Source of the DNA: Candidatus Omnitrophota bacterium
GTDB taxonomy: Bacteria; Omnitrophota; Gorgyraeia; Duberdicusellales; 4484-171
Reading direction: 5' to 3'
Assembly (NCBI GenBank): GCA_037146775.1
Contig: JBAWWL010000007.1
Coordinates: 1,536 to 65,535 of the forward strand
Length of the DNA: 64,000 bases
Under the pieces are notes generated by a model. It worked only from the letters and a program-made list of their open reading frames with translations, did no database searches and was not told where the DNA came from. The translations under genes were made by a program, and so were the position numbers. This document shows positions 49,801 to 59,700 of this stretch, piece by piece (the first letter of the stretch is position 1; each line of letters opens with the position of its first letter).

Positions 49801-50082
49801 GGATTCACTGATCGAGACGAAGAATATCTAAATAAAATAATAACGATTTTAGAAGATGGAACGCTAGCTAAACAGACAACCAAGGTTTTAATCAAAGAGA
49901 TTGATAAAGAGACTAAAAAAGAAATAAAAAAAGACAAAGTCCCCTTTAATATTTTAAAGAAATTTAAAGAAAAAATTCCAGATACATTTTTTGCCGAATC
50001 TATTTTGAGCAGCCCACATCAGGTTTCTTCCCCGAAGGAAGTTATTCTCTCCGAACTTTTAATTCCCGAAAGAAAAACTTAA
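46867..50082 (+). CDS. PLD-family nuclease (HxK) fused to SNF2-family helicase (DISARM DrmC+DrmD-like fusion)
   Basis: N-terminal HAKLYIIRK...GSSNFT (PLD HKD motif). SNF2 motifs: GLGKTYISA, DEAHRFRN, SATPLNNT, helicase-C ITTDVLAEGVNMHRSNVVINYDIPWNPTKVLQRVGRVNRIG. Confidence 0.8.
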   Translation: MNTDLTFFTNEKGATLLDRFKVTLENNTKFFDVLVGYFRTSAFFSLYKSLEKVEKIRILVGINVDKQTQNLLGQAKEGQLTLKFSHKEVKDAFVEEVSKEMEESEDNSEIELGVYKFIEFIKSGKLEIRAHPSQSIHAKLYIIRKDSTKSEDYGRVITGSSNFTFSGLQENIEFNVELKDSRDVEYALKKFDTLWEQSVPISNEYIEAINDKTWLNDAIKPYELYLKFLYEYFKDKINEDMDSIYKDRRFLPEGYMELEYQDEAVKDALAKLGDYGGVFLADVVGLGKTYISALLAQQLDGYTLIICPPVLKNYWHDTFRDFGVRGFEVESLALSKIDRIIEEGPEKYKNIFIDEAHRFRNETNQTYAKLKQLCWGKRVILVSATPLNNTPFDILSQIKLFQKEHNSTVPNVRDLGRFFAGLHERLKSTDRKNLKEYLAIVKENSQAIRENVLKYLMVRRTRSEVLKYFKKDLDKRKIKFPSVAEPKRVYYEFDNNLENVFIQTIKLIKTFKYSRYMPFNYLKNPDAEDRQEQVSQRNLGRFMKILLVKRLESSFYAFNMTLDRFINSYKDFIDMLNKGNIYISKKYSDKIYEAIGNDTEDSLDELVNQEKIKKYKKGDFANDFQKDLESDYKILLEIKKMWNSVKTDPKIIKFKAILNNDKILKNNKIIIFTESKETAEYLDRNLRDVFGDKIISYSSKSGSTVRDEITANYDPNSKIHKDNIRILITTDVLAEGVNMHRSNVVINYDIPWNPTKVLQRVGRVNRIGTIHDNIYVYNFFPTVYSNSEIKLEEAAIAKIQAFHHTLGEDAQYLTDGEEISSHELFTRLNSKKVLENGEEEERDSELQYLSEIRNVRDANQQLYERIKKLPKKSRSAKFYKGEKESGVTFFRKGKLRKMFIADSQSARELNFFAAARLLKAEASDIREKIAASFYEFIVKNKKAFSSATAEEVRQFGQLGAGSNEKKLIRYTKAIRKTAGFTDRDEEYLNKIITILEDGTLAKQTTKVLIKEIDKETKKEIKKDKVPFNILKKFKEKIPDTFFAESILSSPHQVSSPKEVILSELLIPERKT

Positions 50083-53000
50083 TGAAGAACATAATTAAAC
50101 AATCTTTAGAAGGCAGCTTTAATCTAGATAATTTTAGCCTATTAGTTAAGAATATTTTCAATAAAATTGATATAAACCCACAAGAGATAACAGTATTTAA
50201 TGGTTTCGAAGAGCATATAAAGAGTCTTACTTTTCTAGGAGAATATTGCGATTCTCAAGATAAAAATCTTGATGTTTTAGCTATCGAGTTAATAGGTGAT
50301 ACGAAAATTGAAAGAGCCCGCTCATTTCAGAGGAACATAGTTGCTAAATATCTTAAAAATAATACTAAAGATTCTAGCCTTGTTGCTTTTTATTCCCAAG
50401 GCAACCCCGATTGGCGGCTATCATTCGTAAAACTCGATTATAAGCTTACCGATAAAGGCCCGAGAGCTGAAGTTGGTACACCTGCAAAGCGATATTCATT
50501 TCTTGTAGGAGAAACAGAACCATCACACACAGCTCAAGCTCAGTTACTTCCTATCCTAGAGAAGCAAAAAGAGAATCCGTCAATTTCTGAAATTGAAGAG
50601 GTTTTTAGCGTTGAAAAAGTTACGAAAGAATTTTATGAGAAATACCTAGATCTATTTAAAAGGCTGTCAAGAAACTTAGAAAGAAATAAAGAATTTGAAG
50701 ATATTGCCAATAAAGAACAGATTGATATTGAAAACTTCACGAAAAAACTAATTGGCCAGATAGTTTTCTTATATTTTCTACAGAAAAAAGGGTGGCTAGG
50801 AGTACCCCGTAAAAAATCTTGGGGTGAGGGGGATAAGTTTTTCTTAAGAACCTTATTTGATAAAGCAGAAAAAGAAAAAGGAAACTTTTATAACGATTAC
50901 CTCGAAATCCTCTTTTATGATACATTAAACAATCCTCGTAAAGATAAAGATGAGCCAGAATATTCTACTTATTTTGACTGTAAAATACCTTTCTTAAATG
51001 GCGGACTATTTGGACCAGATTATGATTGGAAGAATACAACGGTGAAACTATCCAATGAGATTTTTGAAGACATCATATCTACGTTCGATATTTATAACTT
51101 TACTGTGAAAGAGGATGACCCACTAGAGAAAGAAATTGCTGTTGATCCAGAAATGCTAGGTAAGGTTTTTGAGAATCTACTTCCGGAAAACCTACGTAAA
51201 GGTAGGGGCGCCTATTATACTCCTAGAGAAATAGTTCACTATATGTGTCAGGAAAGCTTAATTAACCATCTTTCTACTGAAACAAAGGTGGATATTGAAA
51301 AAGTCAGAAAATTAGTCAATTTAAGCGATTCAGGAATATCTAAAAATGAAGCAGAATCAATTGATAAGGCAATTTCCAGCATAAAGGTCTGCGATCCGGC
51401 TTGTGGCTCTGGTGCATTTCTTGTAGGCATGCTTCACGAAATAGTGAATACGCGTCACAACCTAACTAATCTCCTGAATTTAGAAGGTAAAGATTTAAAA
51501 GAAAGGGGCGAATACAACCTAAAGAAGCAAGCGATAGAAAATTGTATATATGGGGTTGATATAGACCCTGGAGCCGTGGATATTGCTAAGCTCAGGCTTT
51601 GGCTTAGCCTAGTTGTAGATTACGATGAAGAAGTTATTAAACCATTGCCTAATCTTGACTATAGAATAATGTGTGGTAACAGTCTATTAGAGGAATTTGA
51701 AGGTGTTAGATTCTATGATGGTAGTAATGGAAATGGAGAGAAATCTTTGTTTAAAGATGAGCGGAAGGAAAAGATAGAAGAGCTAAGAAGAAAAACGAAA
51801 GAATATTTTAATATTTTTGATGATGAAGAAAAACACAATAAAAGTAAAGAAATTAATAAACTCAAAGATTGGTTTATAAGGACAACTTTAGAAAAGAGAA
51901 GAAAGAAAATTACTCTTCAGCGTAAGAAAATAGAAGCCAATGTAAATATGTTTAACAGTGAAAGCCAGAAAGAATATTTTGTGAATCAAAAGCATATATT
52001 TATTTCAGAAGCAAAAATCAATGAGGTTTTACAAAATTTGCATAATCCACAAAAGGCGCGGCCATTCTTTATTTGGAAGCTAGAATTTATGGATGTTTTT
52101 GAGGAAAAAGGTGGGTTTGATGTGATAATGGCAAATCCGCCGTATGGGATAATTTTCAAAGATGATCTTAAGGAAGAATACGAAGGTAAATACAATACAT
52201 TTTTGAGGAATAACGATATTTATGTTGCATTTATTGAACGCGGAATAGATCTAATACAAAACAATGGCATGATAACATACATAACGCCGAATACTTACCA
52301 AAATGGAGATTATTTTATCAAATTAAGAAACTTTATGATTTCGAATTTAAAAATTTTTGAAATTCTTGATTTTAAAAATATTCCAGTTTTTGACGATCCG
52401 ACGGTTTTTGTGTCAATTTTTAATGCACAAAAAAATAACTCAGGGTCTTCTATAATTCCCCTGGGAATAGTAATAAGTTATAAAGAAAGGATGGAGCGCG
52501 TTCTTTCACTTATCAGAATTGACAAAGGGGATAAAAATTTATTTTTTAAACCTCAAAATCAAATTATTCAAAAATTCATTAAGGACTGCTCAATAGAAGA
52601 ATTTGACAAAGTATTTTATATAAAAGATGTTGGTTTCAATTACTGGACAGTAGGAAAGGGTAAAAAGAGAGATGGCAATTCTATCGGAGACAGGATTTTT
52701 TACGCAGGTAAAAGACTCAGTGAATCAGACATCCCATTTCTTAAAGGTAGGAATATTGATAGGTTTTTCATACAAGAACCAGATAATTATTTGAGACATA
52801 ATTATAAAGACTTCCTTAATTCTAAATTTGACGTTTTTAGATTTTCCAAAGAATTTCTTGAAATTTCACCTAAAATAATTTATAGACAAACTTCCGCAGA
52901 TATTAAGGCAACAATTGATCATGGTAAGAACTATCTGGATAAAACTGTTCATTTGATTGTGTTACGTGATATTAATTTAAAAATTAATTTAAAATATGTT

Positions 53001-53321
53001 TTAAGTTTACTTAATTCGAAATTATTCCAATATCTATACGCTTATATCTCGCAAGAAAGCTATGGGAGGACATTCGCACAAGTCAAAACTACATATATAA
53101 AGAAGCTGCCCTTTAAAAAAATATCCGAGGACGAGCAAATCTCTTTTGTTAAGCTTGTTGATAGGATTCTTTCTGTCACGAAGGATGAAGACTACTTAAC
53201 TAATTCTGTTAAGCAAGCAAAAGTCAAAGAATACGAACACCAGATTAACCAGATGGTCTATAAACTTTACGGACTTACCAAAGAAGAAATTGAAGTCGTT
53301 GAAAGTTTTAATAAAAAATAA
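50082..53321 (+). CDS. Large N6-adenine DNA methyltransferase, Eco57I/PglX/DrmMI-like
   Basis: GAYYTPREIVHYM (motif X/I region). CDPACGSGAFL (FxGxG SAM site). IMANPPYG (NPPY catalytic motif). 1079 aa. Start overlaps the upstream stop (TAATG). Confidence 0.8.
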   Translation: MKNIIKQSLEGSFNLDNFSLLVKNIFNKIDINPQEITVFNGFEEHIKSLTFLGEYCDSQDKNLDVLAIELIGDTKIERARSFQRNIVAKYLKNNTKDSSLVAFYSQGNPDWRLSFVKLDYKLTDKGPRAEVGTPAKRYSFLVGETEPSHTAQAQLLPILEKQKENPSISEIEEVFSVEKVTKEFYEKYLDLFKRLSRNLERNKEFEDIANKEQIDIENFTKKLIGQIVFLYFLQKKGWLGVPRKKSWGEGDKFFLRTLFDKAEKEKGNFYNDYLEILFYDTLNNPRKDKDEPEYSTYFDCKIPFLNGGLFGPDYDWKNTTVKLSNEIFEDIISTFDIYNFTVKEDDPLEKEIAVDPEMLGKVFENLLPENLRKGRGAYYTPREIVHYMCQESLINHLSTETKVDIEKVRKLVNLSDSGISKNEAESIDKAISSIKVCDPACGSGAFLVGMLHEIVNTRHNLTNLLNLEGKDLKERGEYNLKKQAIENCIYGVDIDPGAVDIAKLRLWLSLVVDYDEEVIKPLPNLDYRIMCGNSLLEEFEGVRFYDGSNGNGEKSLFKDERKEKIEELRRKTKEYFNIFDDEEKHNKSKEINKLKDWFIRTTLEKRRKKITLQRKKIEANVNMFNSESQKEYFVNQKHIFISEAKINEVLQNLHNPQKARPFFIWKLEFMDVFEEKGGFDVIMANPPYGIIFKDDLKEEYEGKYNTFLRNNDIYVAFIERGIDLIQNNGMITYITPNTYQNGDYFIKLRNFMISNLKIFEILDFKNIPVFDDPTVFVSIFNAQKNNSGSSIIPLGIVISYKERMERVLSLIRIDKGDKNLFFKPQNQIIQKFIKDCSIEEFDKVFYIKDVGFNYWTVGKGKKRDGNSIGDRIFYAGKRLSESDIPFLKGRNIDRFFIQEPDNYLRHNYKDFLNSKFDVFRFSKEFLEISPKIIYRQTSADIKATIDHGKNYLDKTVHLIVLRDINLKINLKYVLSLLNSKLFQYLYAYISQESYGRTFAQVKTTYIKKLPFKKISEDEQISFVKLVDRILSVTKDEDYLTNSVKQAKVKEYEHQINQMVYKLYGLTKEEIEVVESFNKK

Positions 53322-53335
53322 CTTAAGAAATTATA

Positions 53336-54265
53336 GTGGTAATTAAACATAAAATTGAGCCACAATCTGAAGCAAAGCCTTTTTTGAAATGGGCTGGGGG
53401 AAAAACAAGATTACTTAAATATTTCAGGGAATATTACCCTAGAAATATTGGAAGAGAATTCAAAAGATACAGTGAGCCTTTTGTTGGTAGCGGAGCTGTT
53501 TTTTTTGATTTGGTATCCCAAGGTGCGCTAAAGGGTAAGGAGGTAGTATTAGCTGATTCTAGCAATTATTTGATTAATTGTTATAAGCAATTGCAAAAAA
53601 GTACCTGGCTAGAAGTATTGCGCCAATTAAATAGACTAACTAAACAATGGCAGGATAACGAATCGTATAGTAAAAATAAAGATGAATATAACGAATTAAT
53701 CGAGGATGATCGTTCTGGTAGACGAGTTGATCTTATTCGCTGCGCAGCTTTGTTTATTTTTCTAAATAAGACTTGTTTCAATGGGGTTTACCGGGTTAAT
53801 AGTAAAGGTTATTTTAATGTACCAAAAGGCAAATATGCTGAAGTTCCAGTTTTTAAAAGAGGAGCCCTTGAGGCAATCCATTCGGCGTTAAGGGGTGTTA
53901 AACTAATGAGCGGTCCGTATAAACAAATTATTGAAGGTATAAAGGTAACTAGAAATGATTTCTTGTATATGGACCCTCCTTACATAAAATTAAGTAAAAC
54001 ATCAAGTTTTACTGGTTATCAACAAGAACCCTTTGGAATGGATGAGCAGAAGGAATTAGCCGAATATTGCGTAGAACTTCAGAAGAAAGGTTGTTATTCG
54101 TTAATAAGTAACCATTGGGTAGAATGTATTAAAGAATTATACCCTAAAGATTATTTCAAATATAAAACTTTTTCAGTTTCAAGATGTATTAATTCAATTG
54201 CCGAAAGAAGAGGTAATCTAACAGAAGAAGTTTTAATCATCTCTAAAGAAAAAGAGACAAACTAA
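53336..54265 (+). CDS. Dam-family (D12 class) N6-adenine DNA methyltransferase
   Basis: FLKWAGGKTRLL N-terminal motif. FVGSGAVFFDL (SAM). LYMDPPYI (DPPY). Confidence 0.75.
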   Translation: MVIKHKIEPQSEAKPFLKWAGGKTRLLKYFREYYPRNIGREFKRYSEPFVGSGAVFFDLVSQGALKGKEVVLADSSNYLINCYKQLQKSTWLEVLRQLNRLTKQWQDNESYSKNKDEYNELIEDDRSGRRVDLIRCAALFIFLNKTCFNGVYRVNSKGYFNVPKGKYAEVPVFKRGALEAIHSALRGVKLMSGPYKQIIEGIKVTRNDFLYMDPPYIKLSKTSSFTGYQQEPFGMDEQKELAEYCVELQKKGCYSLISNHWVECIKELYPKDYFKYKTFSVSRCINSIAERRGNLTEEVLIISKEKETN

Positions 54266-54266
54266 A

Positions 54267-54809
54267 ATGAAGAAGAACATAGATTTTCTTAATTATGGTA
54301 CGGTTAAACATATTAAAGACTTGCTTAGAAGGGTTGATGAAGGAAAAGAGCCATACGCCCAAGGGGTTTGCTATCCGCAGGCTGATGATGTTGAGAAGGT
54401 CAATAGGCTTGTGATCAGTATTTTTAATGGTCAGACTAGCAAGGAAGATTTAGGCAGAATATTAAATGTTACCTTAAGGCAGGTTGATTACTATGGTAAT
54501 GCAGCAGTTTATCTCGGTTTCTTGCAGACAAACCGAGGACAATTTCAGCTTACTGAATTGGGGAAAAAGTTTGCTCAATATGATAAAAAACAAAGAGAAA
54601 ATTTGCTTATTGAGCAGTTTTTTAAAATTCCTAGTATAAGGAAAGTTTTCAGACAGTTACTTCCCTTGACGCTTGATATTAATTTAGTGATGGATTCTAT
54701 GGCTAGGGCACAAGTAAACCTAAACACAAAGAAAATGCAACGTAGAAGGGCACAAACTATCCACGCTTGGGTTAATTGGGCTTTAGAAAACATGGAAAAG
54801 ACAATTTAA
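54267..54809 (+). CDS. Hypothetical 180-aa protein in the methyltransferase-helicase operon
   Basis: No nuclease or HTH motif confidently recognised. 1-nt gap after the Dam gene. Confidence 0.35.
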   Translation: MKKNIDFLNYGTVKHIKDLLRRVDEGKEPYAQGVCYPQADDVEKVNRLVISIFNGQTSKEDLGRILNVTLRQVDYYGNAAVYLGFLQTNRGQFQLTELGKKFAQYDKKQRENLLIEQFFKIPSIRKVFRQLLPLTLDINLVMDSMARAQVNLNTKKMQRRRAQTIHAWVNWALENMEKTI

Positions 54810-54817
54810 CATATATG

Positions 54818-56743
54818 GCAATTATAATTCCGAGTAATTTTAGTAAACTTAAAGGCGATCTCGAACTTAAGAATAAAGAAGAGAATCTAATTATGACCTT
54901 ACAGGAGTTATTTAATGACCAGACAATATGTTTAGTGCAAGTTAACTCATTCCCGTACGAGAAGGCGAAGTTTTTGGCTTGTTTAATCTTGAAGGATAAA
55001 GGGATAATTCTCATAAAATCAATGGAGACTAAAAAGACCCCTAATTTTAAAGAACTTGAGGTAGACGTCCACTCATTGCTTTTTGAGTGTAGCTATAAGA
55101 AATTAGCAAACCATAGACAGTTGCAACTAACAGCACCTGATGGTGTATACCTTAAATTTCCTTTGAAAATTATTTTTTATTTTTATTCTCTTAATAGAAA
55201 AGATATCGATTCGAATGGTGTAAAAAAGTTTACTGAGGAGAATACACTCTTTGATGATGATGTTGATAAGTCTTTTGATGATCCTGATAAATTTAAGAAT
55301 CGTTTATATAGTGGTTTAAAAACAGTTAATCCAGAGTTCGCGCAATTATCGGCCGATGATATTCAGGCTATTACTTTTCAGGTTTGTCCTGAGTATACAA
55401 TCCCGCGATATTTATGCGAGGCAGTTCAGCCCATAAAAGTTACTTCGATTAATCCTGAAAAATCGTTAAGACCCATAGAGGTAACAGGAGACGAGAATTT
55501 TGTTAAAGCCTGGGGTATGGATGATGAGCAGATAAAATTAGTAAACAGCCTTCTTGAGCAGCATGAGCTTTTATTAGCATGCGCAGGTAGTGGTAAGAGT
55601 GTTTTACTTCTCTCGCGTGCTATAAAAATAGCTAAGATGTATCCAGAGAAGAAAATCTTACTTACTTTTTACAATACCCCCCTGCGCTCTTTTTATGAAT
55701 GGCGTCTTGCTGTGGCGGGGGTTAACTTGCGCAACATAATTTGTACAAATTTTCATCAGCTATGTTTTCAGTTGCTAGAAAGAAATCATTTACCAACGCC
55801 AACTCGCAGGCCAGAAGAAGATGAAGATCATTTCTTTAAAAGAGTTATAGCTGAGACGCGTCAGGCAATTGAAGATGAAGAAATAGAAGACAGATTTGAT
55901 GCGATATTTATCGATGAAATACAAGATTTTGATTCAGAATGGTATAGATTGTGCTACAGTCTTTTCAAGGATAAAAAGAAAAACTATATTTTGTGTTTAT
56001 GTGGCGATGTAACTCAAGATGTAAATAATCGAATTAAGGGAAGTACAGCTCCTTGGCATGGTGAAGGTTTGCCAAGTTTCAAGGGCCATGCAAAGAGATT
56101 AAGAAAAAACTACCGTAACAGTAGAGAAATAAATGAGTTGGTGAAAAACTTTTCTAACCTTTGTTGTAGTTGGGCTCTTGGTAATCTTGGTATTAAAATT
56201 AATGATGATGATTTTCTGGATGGTGTAGCAGAAAAAATAACAGGTATTTATCCAAAAATACATCAAGCGACGCGAATGGAAGAGAGTTCTTTGGTATTAA
56301 AAATAGTAAAAGAACTCAAAGAAAAACATGGAGTTCCTTACAGCGACATAGCCGTTTTGTATCCATATAAAGGATTTACAGGGGCGTTAAATTATCACAT
56401 ACAACATTGGTTATCAGAAAAGCTTAGAGAAGCAGGGATTCAACATTCTTTTGTCCGCGATTGCGATAACTTTCCTACTTTTTATCATTATGCGACAAGG
56501 AGGGGTGTTACTTTGGCTAGTATGGGGGTGATTAAGGGATTAGATTTCCAAGCAATTATAATTTGCGGCCTTTTACCATTTGTTTGTAGGAATCAACAAA
56601 GCCCTGAACAGCTATTAACTAACATGAAAAGAATTTACACGGCCATGACTAGAGCAATGACGCATTTAGAGGTAGTTTTAACTAATCCTCCAGAAAGAGA
56701 CTTGATTACTAAGTTTATTTTAGAGGCGTATAAGAGTCTTTAA
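54818..56743 (+). CDS. NERD-like N-terminal domain + UvrD/Rep-like SF1 helicase
   Basis: Walker A LLACAGSGKSVLL. Motif II IFIDEIQDFDSEW. N-terminal FLACLILKDKGIILIKSMETK resembles the NERD segment of the 62012 paralogue. ATG at 54818 preferred over 54776. Confidence 0.55.
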   Translation, partial: AIIIPSNFSKLKGDLELKNKEENLIMTLQELFNDQTICLVQVNSFPYEKAKFLACLILKDKGIILIKSMETKKTPNFKELEVDVHSLLFECSYKKLANHRQLQLTAPDGVYLKFPLKIIFYFYSLNRKDIDSNGVKKFTEENTLFDDDVDKSFDDPDKFKNRLYSGLKTVNPEFAQLSADDIQAITFQVCPEYTIPRYLCEAVQPIKVTSINPEKSLRPIEVTGDENFVKAWGMDDEQIKLVNSLLEQHELLLACAGSGKSVLLLSRAIKIAKMYPEKKILLTFYNTPLRSFYEWRLAVAGVNLRNIICTNFHQLCFQLLERNHLPTPTRRPEEDEDHFFKRVIAETRQAIEDEEIEDRFDAIFIDEIQDFDSEWYRLCYSLFKDKKKNYILCLCGDVTQDVNNRIKGSTAPWHGEGLPSFKGHAKRLRKNYRNSREINELVKNFSNLCCSWALGNLGIKINDDDFLDGVAEKITGIYPKIHQATRMEESSLVLKIVKELKEKHGVPYSDIAVLYPYKGFTGALNYHIQHWLSEKLREAGIQHSFVRDCDNFPTFYHYATRRGVTLASMGVIKGLDFQAIIICGLLPFVCRNQQSPEQLLTNMKRIYTAMTRAMTHLEVVLTNPPERDLITKFILEAYKSL

Positions 56744-56762
56744 CTAACAAAGGATCGAATTT

Positions 56763-59700
56763 ATGAATGATATTCGTGCAAAAATAATTGAGCATATTAA
56801 CCAGAAGCTTTTTCAAGAAGTTACTGGTAGAAATATAGACAGATTGATATGGCAAGATAGGTTTGATGAAAAATTCTTTATCGGCTTGCTTTCAGCCGGA
56901 AGCACAGAGCATGAAGAATTTCAAACTCGTGCTCGGACAAAGCAGATAGGTATCGATATATTATTAAAAAAGGAAGAAGTTGAAAAAATAAAATTAACCT
57001 ATTCTGTAAGTGGCTCATTTTTTTATAGAGTTTTTCCTAGTCTTACCGAGCAAAGAGAATTTTACGTTAAAAAGTTTAATGAGAACTTTTCGCAACAGAT
57101 TGATTCCTGGAATGATTTAACCTATTTTCTTCAGAATAATCCCTCCTTCAAACCAATCAAGTGTGATGTTGCTCCAGTTTTTTGTAAGATTAAGCTTGTA
57201 GATGAACCAATTGAATATAGGTTAGCAGGTAAAGAGCTTGATTCACATTTGAATGTAAAGAGCGATGCGCACAGGGAGTTTGTTTTGAATATGGCAAATA
57301 GTAGCACTGACTATTATTATATTATTCGCGAAGAAGTAGAATTAAAAGATTTAAATAGCAAAGATAAATGGCAAGAGTTTATTAGAAATAACAAAAGCGA
57401 TAGAATGCCTTTACAGTGGGACTTTGATTATAACATCAAAGAAATTGATTATGATAAAGATAGAATGCGTATTTCTTTTACTTGGTCGAATATGGCGCAG
57501 GTGGAAACAAGAAATGGCAAATTAGTATATGATGGAATTAGGGTGAATGAGATATTTGATTGTAAGATTAAGTTAAAAGTTGATGGCGGCGAGCCTTGTA
57601 GGTTTACGATGAAGGGCTTCGCAGAAGATTATAAATACGACCGTACTATAAAAGCAATAGGAAAGAATTGTTTCATCGAGGAAAATAATGTTAACGGTAA
57701 TATTCTTGAGACGAATCCGTGCCCTGTGTATGAACAGTACAGGTTAAAAGTAAGGCGTTTTGGCTTAATTCCAACTTTTGAGGGGTTTTCTAAAGAACCT
57801 TTGCCTATTCTTGATTCTATTGCTTCGGAAATGGATAAGTACATTGAAAATTTTGATATTGAAGTAAAAGAGTTTTTTGCACATAAAGGTTTGGATATGC
57901 AAGAAAAGAAGACGCAGCTAGATTACGAGAAGGCAGATTTTTCTAGAGAAAGAGAAAGATTCAAAAAAGGTATTAGTATTTTAAAAAACTGTCCGGACGT
58001 TCTGCAAGCATTCAGACTAATGAATAAAAGTTTTCTAAATAGTAGCATTAACTTTAATTCTTGGCATTTATTTCAGATAGTATTCATTGTGTCTTTGCTT
58101 CCAGATTTCGCGAAGAATAAGTATAGTGAAATAGAGGGTGATAGCTTAGACAAGGTTGATTTATTATATTTTCCAACCGGTGGTGGAAAAACAGAGGCTT
58201 TCTTGGGGTTAATAATTTTTAATCTGTTTTTTGATCGCCTTAGAGGGAAAAAATTAGGTGTTACCGCTTTAGTTAAATATCCATTAAGGCTTTTGTCTAT
58301 TCAACAGATGCAAAGAATCGCTGATATAGTAGCTTCTGCAGAAAAGATACGAAGAGAGGAGGAGAACTTAAAGGATAGCGAAGGCTTTGCGGTTGGATAT
58401 TTTGTAGGAGAAAGTAATACTCCTAATAAGATAGACAAGAAAGAGTCCCAAAATTTAGTTAAAATGAGTCAAGATAACTTAACGAAACAGTACCTCATTC
58501 TCGACAAGTGTCCTTTTTGTCAGAAAAAAGGTATGATAATTAAGTATCTTGAGCAAAACAATCGACTAGCACATTTTTGTCCCAATTGTGATGAGGGCTT
58601 ATTACCGATCTATATTGTTGATAGAGAAATATATAGATATTTGCCTTCAGTTGTAGTAAGTACGATTGATAAATATGCTGGAGTTGGTAATCAGAGAAAT
58701 TTCAGAAACATTCTAGGCTGCGTATCTGCAAGATGTTCTCTGCATGGGTTTACCAGCCAACTTGAATGTACGGAAAAGGGTTTTGCTGGGGTTTGCACTT
58801 TATCAAAAGACAAGTTAGAAAAAGTTAATTATCAGAATTTATCTCCCACTCTCTTAGTTCAAGATGAGTTACATCTTTTATCGGAATCATTAGGGATATT
58901 TGATTCTCATTATGAGACGTTTATTAAGTATTTCATTGAGCATTTAATGAGTAGTACGAGTAAGCTTAAAATTATTGCTGCAACAGCTACAATTTCACAT
59001 TATAAGAATCAAATAAAGCATTTATATATGCAAGATGCTATTCGTTTTCCAACCCCATCTCCAAATCCAAATAAGTCTTTTTATTATATGGTTGACTATA
59101 ATGAATTAAATAGAGTATTTATCGGCATCGCTCCTGTAGGCATAACCCCTAAGACTGCCGTTTATAAGATTGTTGAACTTTTACGTAATTATATTTTTGA
59201 ATATTATGATAGCCCAGTAAAATTAAATAATGAATTAAAGCTAAAGCTGAGCGATTCAGAGATTAAAGAAATTCTTCGTGATTACTGGACTATATTGGAA
59301 TATAACCAGAAGAAAAGTGACACATTAAATATTTGTGATACCCTTGGTAAAACAGTAAATCCGAAGCTTAAGGAGCAAGCTAGGTTTAATATTGAGAACT
59401 TAACTGGAGATAAGAAGTTAGAAGAGGTACGACAAATAATTTCAGATATAGAAAATCCTAATAATCCATTACCAAGCCCGGATTTTCTTGCGGCGACCAG
59501 CATGATATCTCACGGAGTCGATATTGATATCTTTAATATTATGGTACTCTATGGTGTTCCTCAGACCATAGGTGAGTATATTCAGGCTACGAGCCGTGTT
59601 GGGAGGCAACATCCTGCTTTTGTCTTCTGCATATTTATAGTTAATAGGGAAAAAGATAGAAGCTATTATAAATATTTCAAGCAATTCAACGAGTGTAAAG